A DNA stretch of 63,316 nucleotides, filler included, from Folioceros fuciformis (Eukaryota): NCBI GenBank assembly GCA_049999805.1. It is 8 parts of 8 records of this genome, joined end to end, with 100 filler letters (N's around TTAATTAATTAA, not from the genome) between each part and the next. Parts side by side here need not be neighbours in the genome. Positions count along the whole stretch, not along the records: positions 34,199 to 38,886 come from JBNGIO010001966.1; positions 38,987 to 43,196 come from JBNGIO010001967.1; positions 43,297 to 49,604 come from JBNGIO010001968.1; positions 49,705 to 54,038 come from JBNGIO010001969.1; 4 more parts are not named here. One strand, given 5' to 3'. Position numbers and translations under genes: made by a program. Positions 38,050-50,199 of this stretch are shown here, piece after piece (position 1 is the first letter of the stretch; each line of letters begins with the position of its first letter). A model generated the notes under the pieces. That model saw nothing but the letters and a program-made list of their open reading frames with translations. It had not been told where the DNA came from and made no database searches.

Positions 38050-38700
38050 GCAGAAATGGAATTCAGTAAGCTTCACGACAATTGGATCTTGGTGCAATTG
38101 TGGCATTCACGACACATGCATGGATTCTTAGTTATCCTAGAAGAGGCGTCCCACTAGGACCACTAGACCGTTCAAGAGGCCAAAGCCGAAGGGTCAGGAT
38201 CAACAAGCCCACAGCGCAGATCTTTGTATTCTTTCTCAGGGAGTGGCTTCACTGCCACATTCGTGACACGTACGTGGCCTCCTCCTGGATTAAGACGGGC
38301 GTTCCTGTATCCTGCCTTTGAAGCGTGATATGCTCTATCCTTTTCCCCACCAGGAATGTGCGTCCCTGCAGAGAACGTCACATGGTTAAACGAAGCAGAC
38401 CCCCCTGCTCAAATATTCAGCTATATACTCAACAGCGTGCATCCTGTCCGAGCCCTTGCTGTGTATGCCCCGCGATCGGAGGGGTACAAGTCACCACATC
38501 CTTTGTGGCCAAGCTTTCAAAAACTTTTCGCGCATCGTTCGAGTGATCACGACTTTTTGCATACATATCCACAAGCTTGGTACCCAACACTACGTCATTC
38601 AGCAGTTCTCTATCCACGATCTGTGAGTGCAGCTTCCTGCCCTTCTGCAACGTTATCGCGTGTCGCAGTCCTGTTCATGTGTGTAATTGTGGTTGACAAC
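38050..38700 (-). pseudogene. PLS-class PPR / DYW RNA-editing factor relic
   Basis: GRKLHSQIVDRELLNDVVLGTKLVDMYAKS..DARKVFESLATKDVVT; downstream broken DYW-like FGLLN and ITKN..CRECHNCTK with frameshifts. Confidence 0.75.
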
Positions 38701-38986
38701 TTTTGTTACTAGGGCATGGCAAGTGGAAATGGGGAAACTCACAGGCCTCAACTGCTTGCAGTAGCGTAGGGTACAAAGCTTACAGCTAAATCCGGCTCAT
38801 TCAGATTGAGCTGGTTGAACGCAAGGCCGTCGCCTCCTGGTGATGTTTATGGTGAAGCATACTGGTAACAGCTGATCGCGATGGTCNNNNNNNNNNNNNN
38901 NNNNNNNNNNNNNNNNNNNNNNNNNNNNNNTTAATTAATTAANNNNNNNNNNNNNNNNNNNNNNNNNNNNNNNNNNNNNNNNNNNN

Positions 38987-39678
38987 AGGGTAGAAGACAA
39001 ATCAACGGCTGGAATCTGGAAATCGGGGGGGCGAGCAAGGTCGCAACTCCTGATCCTCCTGTAGTGGCCTTCACTCCCGATGCTCAAGGGTCCCTCCCCC
39101 TACCTGCAATCTAGATCCAAAAGAAGAAGCAGGAGGGGAGATTGAGAAGGAAGGGAGGAAGAAGAGGAGAATGGAGGAGGAAGGGAGGAAGGAAGGGGGG
39201 TGGGGACGCCTACAACCCCTGCCTCTAGCCCTAGCTAGGGCACGGTCTCCATAGCCGTTCAGGCCAGCCAGCCTGACGTTAGACTCTGACATAATATACC
39301 CCATATATTCCCGTTCCTAGGTTCCTCTTATTATTTTATTATTTAATGTTATTCTATTATTATTTGATCATTTAATATTTATATACCTTTAATTAATATT
39401 AAACTAATCACGAGACCTAGACTCAACCTTTCCCGACCCTATGGTTTGGTACCAGACCTAAACCTTCCTAGGTATGGGACCAAACCTATACCCACTCTAA
39501 TAACCAAACCAACTATTTATTGGTTTATTAACCTAATTAGCACAAGAAACAATAGGAAAAATGACCAGAAAATAAAAGAAAATTAGGAAAAATAAGTAGG
39601 AAAAGAAAACCAAACCATACCACTATTAACCATTTTTCAACCAAAACAAACCACTACCCCAAACTTTAGAGGTTCACA
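38987..39678 (-). mobile_element. LTR-element 3' region with probable LTR start at 39290 (TGTCAGAG after a purine-rich tract)
   Basis: 39491-39678 is a close reverse-complement match of 63131-63316. Confidence 0.6.
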
Positions 39679-39679
39679 G

Positions 39680-40820
39680 CTAGCTACCTCAGCAATTGTT
39701 AGAAGAGGATGTTGTTCACCCACGTAGGTCAACTCGCAAGCACACTTTGTCTCCCCTTGAGTGGAACGAAGTTCCTTATGCCATGGAAGGGCATCTACCT
39801 CGTTCATCCATGATATCTCAGGTATATCTAGCAGCCTCAGATCTGGGAGAACCACAAACGTATCAAGAGGCAATATCATCAAAGGACAAGGACGAGTGGC
39901 TTGAGGCCATAAGGTCAGAGTATAATTCATTGATCGAGAATGATAACTGGGTGCTAGAAGACTTGCCACATGGAAGAACACTAGTCACAAATCGTTGGGT
40001 TTTCAAATGAAAGCTCAACCTTGATGGTACCATATCTCGGTTTAAGGCCAGACTTGTGGTGCATGTTTTTTCTCAGTGTGAGGTCATAGACTATAATGAA
40101 ACTTTCTCGCCTGTAGTTCGCTCTTCTTCTGTCAGAACTCTGTTGGCCATTGCTGCGTTGAAGGGATTTCATGTCCACTAGATGGACTTTCAAACAACGT
40201 TTTTAAATGGAGTGCTTGAGGAGACAGTTTTCATGTACCAACCAGAAGGATTCGTCAGCCGAAAATATCCAAACCGAGTTTGCAGGTTGAAGAAGACTCA
40301 ATATGGCTTGAAGCAAGCCCCAAGGGGGTGGAATCGACGTTTGAACAAGTTTCTTTTGCAGCATGGCTTCAAGCAATCAGCAGCACATGGGAGTGTATAC
40401 GTCTACACAAAGGGCAGTGAATTAGCTTACCTGGCCGTCTACGTTGATGACACTCTCATCATAGGTTCTTCTATGCAAATCATGAATGAGATTAAGCAGA
40501 TTCTGTTGTCTGAATTTAAAATGACTGATATTGGATAGTGCACTTTCTTCTTAGGAGTGCAGGTTTTAAATAACAAGCAATCTGGTGACATTGTGTTACA
40601 TCAAAGGCACTATGTGGAGAGGCTTTTGGATAAATTTAACATGAGAGATGCTAAGCCTGTAGCAACGCCGATTGCAGTGGGAGTTATCCTTACACAAGAT
40701 CAGTGTCCTAACAGCTAGGCAGAGATAGATGAGATGGTCAATGTTCCTTATAGGATGCTTGTAGGATGTTTGTTGTGGTTAAGCTCATGAACTAGGCCAG
40801 ACATAGCATTTGTGACTTCA
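39680..40820 (+). mobile_element. Ty1/Copia RT fragment with stops
   Basis: EPQTYQEA, MDFQTTFLNG, YGLKQAPRGWN, AVYVDD, TRPDIAF. Confidence 0.9.
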
Positions 40821-41780
40821 GTCGGGTTTACCAAGATTGATCTGAGATCCTGCTTTCACCAGATCCGGATCAAGGAAGGGGATGAGTCTAAAATAGCCTT
40901 CTGCACAAGACATGGCCACTTCGAGTTCAAGGTCATGCCGTTTGGCATGACAAACGCCCTTGCAACATTCCAATGTCTCATGCAGGACATCTTACAACCA
41001 TTGTTGGGGCACGGAGTAGAAGTATTCCTCGACGATATCCTCATATACACACTTGATCTAGAGACACATTACACCTTGGTCAAAAAGGTCCTCGAGCTGC
41101 TGCGTGCAAACAAGTTGTTGGCCAAAAGAAGTAAGTGTGTCTTCATGAGGTAGGAGTGTGAATATCTGGGCCACATCATTAGTGCAACAGGTATCCGAGT
41201 AGATCCCCGCAAAGTCAAAGCCGTGGTGGACTAGCCCCTACCTCAAGATATCACACAACTATGTAGGTTCCTGGGCATGGCCGGCTTTTACCGCCGCTTC
41301 ATCCAAAGTTTCAGTAAAATAGCTGTTCCCCTGACGGATGCCCTTAGGCACTCAACCACCAAACCCTTACAACAAGGGCTAGAGGCAGTCTAGGCATTTG
41401 AACAACTCAAGCACGCCCTTAGTTCGGCTCCCGTACTGGCGGTGGCAGACCCCCAGGCCCCATACACCCTGCACACAAATGCATCAAATTTTGCTATGGG
41501 TGCAGTACTGTCACAACAAGGTCGAGCTATTGCCTATGAGTCCAGGAAATTGCAAGGGACACAGTTGAAATTACGTTATAGATCACAAAGAGATGTTGGC
41601 GATCACCCACGCTCTCAAGGTGTGGAGGCATTACCTCTTAGGCTAGAAGGTGTTGTGTCACACAGACCACCACTCCTTACAACATTTCTTCTCACAACTC
41701 AACCTCAACTCCAGACAGCGTAGGTGGGCCGAATACCTGGCGGATTTCGACCTCGAGATCAAGTATGTTACTGGGACTTT
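40821..41780 (+). mobile_element. Ty3/Gypsy (chromovirus-like) RT-RNase H fragment
   Basis: [75 protein letters not shown]. Confidence 0.9.
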
Positions 41781-43196
41781 TGTGGTGGCCAAACCCCGGG
41801 CACTGTTTGCCAACGGGTTCAACCTTTAGCGGCCACACTTATCCCATTGTCATTGAGACATTGGGTTTTGTTCCCACGAAGGAACGATGGGGTTCCCAAT
41901 TGCTTTGGATGGAGGGTCGGACTCAACCAACTCGATGACAGATTCGAGGGCTCCCCTCTAGCTCCGATCAGGCATGGGACAATCCTCGCTGTCCAGCAGT
42001 AAACTGCACCTCTCTCAGTGCCCACAAACTCACTCCAGTCACTACAACGACACTAACCTCTCAGATCTGCAACTTTCCTTACTCACTTTCACTCACTCTA
42101 GCACCAACAACTAGCAATCAGCAACGTCACCACTACTTCCTACACATCCCTATTGACTCCCCCTACCCGGTAAGAGTCACTAGACTAACCCTAAAGAAAA
42201 GCATGCCGCCACCCACGATCCTACCAGACACCATGCAAGCACAGTCGGCACTCACTCCAGCCCTGCGAGGAAACGAGAATGATAGATCATGGGAACACAA
42301 CACGAAGAGCACGATCAAGAATTAAAAGAGACCCTACACTTAACCTTGGCCACCACTTCTCAAAGCTTTACCAAACGTTGCACGCATGCACAGCCGGCAC
42401 ACACTGCTGTATGCAAGCAGGAACAACCTGATAGAACTTGCAAAGTAACAACCTGCCTCCTATAGGCTCACCTGATCTTAAAGGAGCCTCTCTCTCTCTG
42501 ACTTCATCTCTCTCTAGCATGAGAAATATTATTTTAATAGAACCACTAGCCTAGCCAGCTGTGACTAGCCACTTATTTAGACTTTCCTAGCACATCTTGC
42601 CACCAATGAGCTGGCCCTACGACCTGCTGACCCTACCACCACAAGTATCTACCACTTCTTAAACTACCCTGAGACTTTGAAGGATGCCTGATCTTCAAAG
42701 TTCTTGCGGACGCCGCCTCTTCCTCGCTGGATGGCCGCCCACAAAGCCTTCCCCTGCAACTGTTCCCCCTTGGTGGCTGAGCTTGGTTCTAGGAGAGGAG
42801 TATGAGCAGTGGGAAAGATAGAGAAGAGGTAGGAAGGAGTGGGATCAGCAGCCGGAAGCTTGCCTGAAAACGGTAGGTTATTCAGTAGAATCAGCTTCCA
42901 GTCGAAGTGGTTCCTCGGCCGTGGAAGATTGACCCCGGGGTGCTGGAATAGGCCCCAAACTAGGAGGAAAAGAAAGCAGGTGAAATAGAGTTGAGTTGGA
43001 ATTTCTGGAATTAAATCCATAAATATAGAGGTAAAAATAGAAAAGGGAAAATTAGGAAAATAAAAAGAAAGAAATACGGGAATACATATACGGTATATTT
43101 ATCAATACATATCTAAACCGTATGCAATACAAGGGGGGTGTTCGTATACGGTCCTTAGAAAAACATTCCAAAGGGGCAAGGGGAGAAAGGAAGCGG
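41781..43196 (+). mobile_element. LTR-like repeat family A, copy 1 (TGTGG start)
   Basis: About 1.2 kb is closely similar to 52850-54038 and the first ~230 bp to 49372-49604; it interrupts the Gypsy RNase H. Confidence 0.85.
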
Positions 43197-43629
43197 NNNN
43201 NNNNNNNNNNNNNNNNNNNNNNNNNNNNNNNNNNNNNNNNTTAATTAATTAANNNNNNNNNNNNNNNNNNNNNNNNNNNNNNNNNNNNNNNNNNNNCCCT
43301 TGAACCGTTCCATACATCAAGTGTTGGCGCAAGTCCAGGAAGGCCATGCACAAGCTTACATTTCACTAGGGTTGTCTTGCAAACATAGCCTAGGTGGCCT
43401 CTGCTGCATATCCTTACACTCTGCCTACCGCTCAGGTTCCTCGTACTCATCCACAGATTAAGCGAACTAAGATCGCCTTTTCTTCTTCCTGTGGATACAA
43501 TATGAAAGGAAATTGGCACACTAAACCCATCAACAGCCCACAAGTAGATGCACTCTACGTATGTGCCTGCCATGTTTGGACAAGGTCATCTCACTTCAAA
43601 ACGCATATCCAAATGATTAGCTAACGTAC

Positions 43630-44570
43630 CTGCTGGGACCCAGGCTTCCATAAGTCCGCACCGTTGCCAGCTTTTAAAGCTTTCTCGTGTAAGGGTGTAG
43701 CAGGCCTGTCATGGGATCAGAGGAAGGTTACCTCAGAAGTCAGACACCTTGTAGGTTTAGACAATAATCTAAAAACCAAGCTCCTCAAAAGTCTCCAGGA
43801 GTGCATGTAGACAAGTGCACGGCATTAACAAAGGTGCAAAACAGATAACCTTCAGCTTCCGCAAAGACCCTGACACCTCCTCTGTTGTATGTACTTGTAC
43901 GGGGTCTGCCACGAACCTACATGAAACATCACCCGCCAACTTACAGTAACTGCTAAAAGGTCACAGCACCCTGACCGTAAAATCGAACAAAAACTTCGAA
44001 AGAAGTACGTACTTGTGCCTGCCGAGAGGTGGGGGACCCAGCACTCTTCTTTTTCCATAGAGACAATGTGCCTTATTTTGTGCCTCTCTTTGACTTCATC
44101 TTGGGTCTCTTACTCATCCAGCATCTCTGACACCCTGCAAATTCGCAAGTTCACTCATTTTAAAGACACATAACATTAATAAACAAGGCCCGGGCTTTGC
44201 CACTTAAAGTATACCTAGCTATATCTTTCCGAATTTTCTTCTGATGCAGCTTCTCTGCTTCAACCCTTAAGGCTTCTCTTCTTCTCTTCTTGTTGTTCAA
44301 ATCCACCCGAGTCAATTTCTTAGCCTTCACAACCCTACACAAAAGTAAACAGTTCAAGAATCCCCAAATTATATTAGAACACTAACTCTCCTTTGAAGTG
44401 AGATTCTTAGTCCCCCACAAGATCATCAAAACAGGTTAACTAAAACGGATGTGTGTCATTCACAACACAAATTCAACAGCAAATCTTGGATGTAATGTAA
44501 CGGATCAAATACCTAGAGGCAGCTTGTGTTGAATCATCGTCATCAAGGTCTACATCAAGAAACAGTGCAC
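43630..44570 (-). pseudogene. NOP53: NOP53 (ribosome biogenesis) intron-containing 3' fragment, disrupted
   Basis: Exons: VKAKKLTRVDLNNKKRRREALRVEAE (44215-44335); 44012-44135 with TAA at 44110-44112 and a frameshift before PPPLGRHK; FVADPVQVHTTEEVSGSLRKLK (43850-43916); ACYTLTRESFKSWQRCGLMEAWVP (43630-43705). Confidence 0.8.
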
Positions 44571-45342
44571 TGTCACAGTGGACGGTTCAACTCCATAAGT
44601 GTTAGTGAGAACTTTAGGAAATGCTCCATAAGCTAGCCTGTGCAAGACCATGGCAAATCCAAGCTCAAGTTGTAGAGGTGGCTTGTCAGACTTCTATTGA
44701 ATGTAAGGTTGCAATCCTTCCACCAAAAGCTTGAAAGTTGTGTAGGCCATCTTGTACTCCCTCCTCCATTGAACATTCAACTGTTCTTGCCCCATAAGGT
44801 GCCAAGCATGCATATGTAACAAACTCCAAGTTGTATTTTGGCATGGAAACTTCCCCCATAATCTCATAAGGTGCTAAGCATGCATACGTAACGAACTCTA
44901 AGTTGTAAACATCCATCATTACTCATCACAACATCATCCCATTATGAGCTCCAAACCACAGGTTGGTCCATACATTCTACACAAAATTTCATGAGAAAGC
45001 CGAATAACATATTAAATAACATGAGATCCATGGCGTCAAGCAAATGAAAACAAGACACAACACTAGGGTTGCTAGGCACACCATCACATGGGCTAGCGCT
45101 AGGCACGCGCTCACAAGAGTGAAGAAAGCAAGGCATACAAACGAAAATGAAGAGGATAAGGGGAGACGAGGCTACGTATCATCAAGAAACGAGGAGACGC
45201 TATTTTTATAGTAGATTCTTATGAACATAAAATCACGGGTCATGGGACCACGGCTCGCCCACCACCCAGTCCTAGGCCTTGCCGTGCAGTACGACAACCA
45301 AAAGATATCGAAAAAGGCAGAATGTGCTCGTTCTTTACAGTG

Positions 45343-45828
45343 AGCCTACGCAGAACGCCGGGTTCCTATGTGAACAGCCTTGAGACCAGCACCAAGCCCT
45401 ATGATCTTCCCTATGAGCCCTACTTAATGGCGGCGGCAACGAGGCTCCTGATCAAGGCGCACGAAGGTGGACTCTAACTGTACTCGGACGGGATTGAGGT
45501 GCTGGAGACGACAAACCCCAATGCGGTGGGCTAAAACAATGCCGTATGGGAGTCAGAGGAATGATTCATTGGTGTAAGCAGTTTGGACAACGCTTTTGCA
45601 ATAAAAAACTCTGCCACGGGAGAACAGCTCGTGTACAACGGTGAATTCTCTATTGAAGAAGTGTTAGGATTGCCTTTTGCAGGTTGGCTTGCGTTCGTGT
45701 CCCTTACCGTGGCCTCTATACCCGTGTTCAAGCTGAATTACCTAGGCTTGCAGACCTCCGGTTTCATCCTGGAAGCATGGACCTTGATCAACGTTGATTC
45801 CATCACCGCTACAGCTTCTGCTGCATAG
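45343..45828 (+). pseudogene. Decayed ORF of unknown family (one frame, 3 internal stops)
   Basis: SLRRTPGSYVNSLET...GL*LYSDGIEVLETTNPNAVG*NNAVWESEE*FIGVSSLDNAFAIKNSATGEQLVYNG... Confidence 0.4.
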
Positions 45829-46187
45829 GCATAGGCGTAGCTGTAGCTGTAGCTTTATTGCCAGTAGGTTCTGCGTACCTTGTTGGTGCTACCAACTTGA
45901 AGCCACTGAGTATCGCATTGGATGAGCATGCTGTCGTGTTGCAAGGTTACTGGTTCTCACTTCAACACATTGTACATTTTGGTATGTGCTCCACAGAACT
46001 TATAACTCTTCAAGTACTGTTTGTTTTGTATTAACATTTATTAGTATTTAATTATATTTTTATTTCATGCCAATTTTATGGTGAATATACCTTAGATATG
46101 TACAATGTGTCGAGATAGGTAGAGTTCCTCTACTTGGCGGGTGAGACCGGATGAAACAACTCACTTAGGCCGCGTTTCCACTAGGTT

Positions 46188-48365
46188 TGTACCAACCAAA
46201 AGACGCCTCGGGATTGGTCTACCTTATTTCATCTGCACCGGCATGCTCATATAGGTGGTCAATATTTGGACGTAGCATATGTGTCAAGTTTGTACCTGCA
46301 CCAAGCGCAGGTACTGAAGGACTGCTAGAGGAGCCACATGGTGAAGAAGGAGAGGAGGAAGCAAGGAGGAGAGAAGAAAGAGAGGTCACACTCTCACAAT
46401 GTCTCATATTGCAAGGGAGCTCAAGGGGGTATTTATACCCTCTAGAAAAGCTCCCTATGAAGCTTCACAAAGAAGCGCACAGGAAGTTGCGCAAGAAGCT
46501 TCCTACGGATTATCTTAAGCTAATCTAAACTAACTACTAACTTAACTAGACACTTAACTAGATACTTAACTAGACACTAGACTAACTAGTTAACTAACTT
46601 AACTAGACACTAATCTTAGACTAAACACATTAGTCTAAGCATATTGGGCTTTAATAACCCTACAACCTCCCACTTAAAGGCCAATTTACCTTCATAGGAG
46701 AGTGGTCTACCTCATGCCCATGAGTGTCTGAGCTTGTGCGAATTGCTTCGTAGAGAGCCCCTTGGTAAGAACATCTGCAGGGTTTTGATTGGTGTGAACT
46801 TTGACAAGCTGTACTCTCTTGTCTTCCAACACCTCTCGAATGAAGTGATACTTCACTTCCACATGTTTGGTCTTCGCATGAAACACCGGATTCTTCGCCA
46901 ATTGGATAGCACTCTGGCTATTGCAATGCAACACTTGCAGCTCAACCTTGATCCCCAAATCTCCCACTGAACGAGCAAGCCACATGGCTTCCTTACAAGC
47001 CTAAGTCGCTACAACATACTCGGCTTCTATGGTAGATAGCGCTATGCACGATTGCAAACGAGATCGCCATGAGATTGTTAGTGCACATGAAGACATAACT
47101 CTGCATAATCAACATCCGTATATCCCACGACAGATGCATCTTCACTACCAAAACATGAGCACAAAGCTTTCGTTCCATTCAAGTACCTCATAACTCCTTT
47201 CACTGCCTTGCCTCCCAATGCTTCCTGCCAGGGTTTGACATAAACCGCTCCCACTACAAAGGCAATGTCAGGACGTGTAGCAATCATTGCATACATCAAA
47301 CTCCCTATAGCTGATGAGTAGGGAACCTTCTCCATTACCGCTTTGTCCTTCGTAGAACTTGGGCAATCTTTGGTCGAAAGTTTCACATATGGAGGCAACG
47401 GAGTGCTCAATACCTTCCCGTTCTCCATGTTGAAACGTTGAAGCACCTTGTTAATGTATTCAGTCTGAGACAGGTAAAGCAAACGCTTTTGTCTGTCTCG
47501 ACAAATACGCATGCCAAGAATATGGCTTGCCTCTCCCAAGTCTATCATGTCAAAGCGAGCATTCAACTTTGACTTCAATGCTGAAATCTCATCACTGTTA
47601 GTCCTAGCAATTAGCATATCATCCACATAGAGGATTATAATCAGCAAGCTTCCATCCTTAGCTTGCTTTGTATAGAGGCAATGATCCTCATCGCTATGCT
47701 TGTAGCCTTGAGAAAGCATAAACAAGTGGAACTTGTAATACCACTCCTTGGGTGCTTGCTTCAAACCATAAAGGCTCTTCTTTAACCTGCACACCTGATT
47801 CTCTTTGCCCTTCTCAATGAAACCCTCTGGTTGCTGCATGTATACCTCTTCCTAGAGATCACCATGCAGAAATGCCAACTTCACATCTGCCTGGACAAGT
47901 TCCATGTCATTCCTCACAACTAGAGCAAGAACACATCGCAAGGTGGTCATTTTGACAATCACTGACATGGCCTCTTGATAACAAGAGGGCTCCCCACAAT
48001 CCGTCAGCATGACATAATCAAGAGATGCAACATACTTGTCAGGAGGACATGAGATCCTTCCTGACCTACGAAGGACTAGCGCCTCGACCAGAGTTGGTTG
48101 CACTCTCTCCTCTTCTACAAGGGGAGGAACTTGTTCCTGCACATCACGACGTTCAACCTGAGCGGGACGGTCAAATCCATTTTCTTGAAAGACCACCCGT
48201 CGCACCTCCACAGTTGGAGTAGGCTTCTTGTGCATCTTGGTCGCATTGAAGAACACGTCATTGCTGCGAACCATCCTCTTGGCCTCTGGATCCCATAGAT
48301 AGTTTCCCATCTCACCAGACTCACCATAGCCAAGAAAAATACATTTTCTTGACTTACCCGCCACC
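46188..48365 (-). mobile_element. Ty1/Copia 3' half: integrase C-terminus, RT, RNase H, PPT and complete 3' LTR 46188-46664 (TGTA...TACA)
   Basis: KCIFLGY, LYGLKQAPKEWY, ILYVDD, TRPDIAF, FHAKTKHVEVKYHFIRE; PPT aagtgggagg at 46666-46675; internal deletions. Confidence 0.9.
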
Positions 48366-48369
48366 TCGT

Positions 48370-49371
48370 GGCCAAGGATCCCAGCTAGCTCCTGCTCGTG
48401 TCATTCATAGGCATGGAACTTGGAGCTGGTAAGGCAAGTGTATGGCCGCGACCAGCAGGAGGAGGGAGGACTGGTGCTGGAGTCCCTGAAGAAACAAGGG
48501 GGCACGGTGGAGGCTGAAGGACTACTCAAACCAGGCACCAAGAAGGAAGCCAACGAGTGGCTGGTCCGCGACATAGCCAACCCTCAGCTGATGGGTCTGG
48601 CCAGGTGGTTCCTATGTTTCCTGCAAGTTCGTAAGCAGGATTATCTATCCGACCAGATCCTCCTGTTTGTGCACGAGGTGGTCAAGGGAAGCAAGGTGGA
48701 CTGGGGGAAAATCCTGTATGCCAGGATGGATGAGGAAAGGCAGAATCTAACCCTGTCCTCTCCCCAACCTTCAATGATTTCTCCCTTTCTAATTCATATC
48801 CACTGCTATGCTGTGGAGTGATTTCTTGCACCCAAGAACCACCCAAGGGGCCACACATTCCCCTATTGTCATTGCAGTCCTATGGTTCGCTCCCAAGGGA
48901 GTGAACTAGTGCCAAAGAACACTACCTATCACACTTCTACCTATCAGTCGGTCTATAGGCCTGTCCATACATTCACAACAAAAAGGCTAAAAGCCTAGCC
49001 TACCCTCTAAGTCAGCTCGCCCAACTCACACTCCTGTTCTTCAATCCTTCAACTCTTCTTGATTCCCACTTCAGCCACTTTCTCCTTCACCTCAGCTCTT
49101 CAAGATTCCCACTTCAGTCCCTTCCTCTTCACTTCAGTCCTCCACCCTCCACTTCAACACACACACCTGCACTTTAGTAGCTCACTCTTCACTTCTATGC
49201 ATTTCACTCCAACTCTTCCTCTCTTTTCTTCAGCCGCCCCCTGGAAATTGGGACACAATGGCTTCACTCCCTACAGCCTCCAAGCATAGTGTGGACACTA
49301 GGACTGGATAGCCCTCCAGCTCACGGTCCTGTTCCTTCACTTCAGCCAGCCTACAAATCATTCAGCCCTTG
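48370..49371 (+). mobile_element. Probable retroelement accessory ORF remnant (48420-48821) plus C/T-rich LTR-like DNA
   Basis: WFLCFLQVRKQDYLSDQILLFVHEVVKGSKVDWGKILY resembles retrotransposon accessory proteins; flanked by TEs. Confidence 0.4.
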
Positions 49372-49604
49372 TGTGGAGGCAAAACCCCGGGCACTGATTG
49401 CCGACGGGTTCCACCTTTAGTGGCCACACTTATCCCACTGTCGTTGAGACATTGGGTTTCGTTCCCACGAAGGAGCGATGGGGGTTCCTTGCTGCTGTGG
49501 ATGGAGGGTTGGACTTGATCAACTCGATGATGGATTCGAGGGCTCCCCTCCAGCTCCGATCAGGCGTAGGACAGGCCTCGCTGTCCGGTGGTCAGCTGCA
49601 CCTC
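49372..49604 (+). mobile_element. LTR-like repeat family A, copy 2 (truncated by gap)
   Basis: tgtggaggcaaaaccccgggcactg...ggattcgagggctcccctccagctccgat. Confidence 0.85.
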
Positions 49605-49704
49605 NNNNNNNNNNNNNNNNNNNNNNNNNNNNNNNNNNNNNNNNNNNNTTAATTAATTAANNNNNNNNNNNNNNNNNNNNNNNNNNNNNNNNNNNNNNNN
49701 NNNN

Positions 49705-50052
49705 TGCAAAAAGCATTCTAAATAGTTAAAGAGATTGTGAAGCAGCATTTTTTGCTTGGCCGCAGGATGTTAGGCTTATTGGGTTGATACAATTTCGGAT
49801 GGAGGAGGAAATTGATCTTATAGTACCCCGTTGGAAATACCAAGGGCACTCAATGGCAGGCAAAGGAAAGGGTTTGTCAAATTATAGGTCTGTGTTATTT
49901 TATGAGCTAATAAGGATTTTGAATTTGATACAAAAGCATAAAAGAAAGAATGTGGGTTTTTTATTGAAAATGTAGACTCACAGATAGATAGTAGAGTTGT
50001 GTTGAGGCAGGATTTTGAAGAAATCAAGTATTATTTGGGTGAACCTATTAAA
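49705..50052 (+). pseudogene. Second C5 DNA methyltransferase fragment of the same family
   Basis: AWPQDVRLI...IDLIVPRWKYQGHSMAGKGKGLSNYRSVLFYELIRILNLIQ, then a frameshift into IENVDSQIDSRVVLRQDFEEIKYYLGEPI; collinear with motifs IV-VI of the 26100-26877 copy. Confidence 0.8.
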
Positions 50053-50199
50053 AGCTATGAAGCGCTATGGTAGGATCGAAGTGAGGAAGCCAGGCAACGG
50101 ATGCTCTTGGGAGCCATGGAAGGAAAGCGTCCTCTCGAGTGTGAAGTAAAAAGGATATTGTTTATTGCTAAAATGAATTGTCTTATACAAAATATTAAC

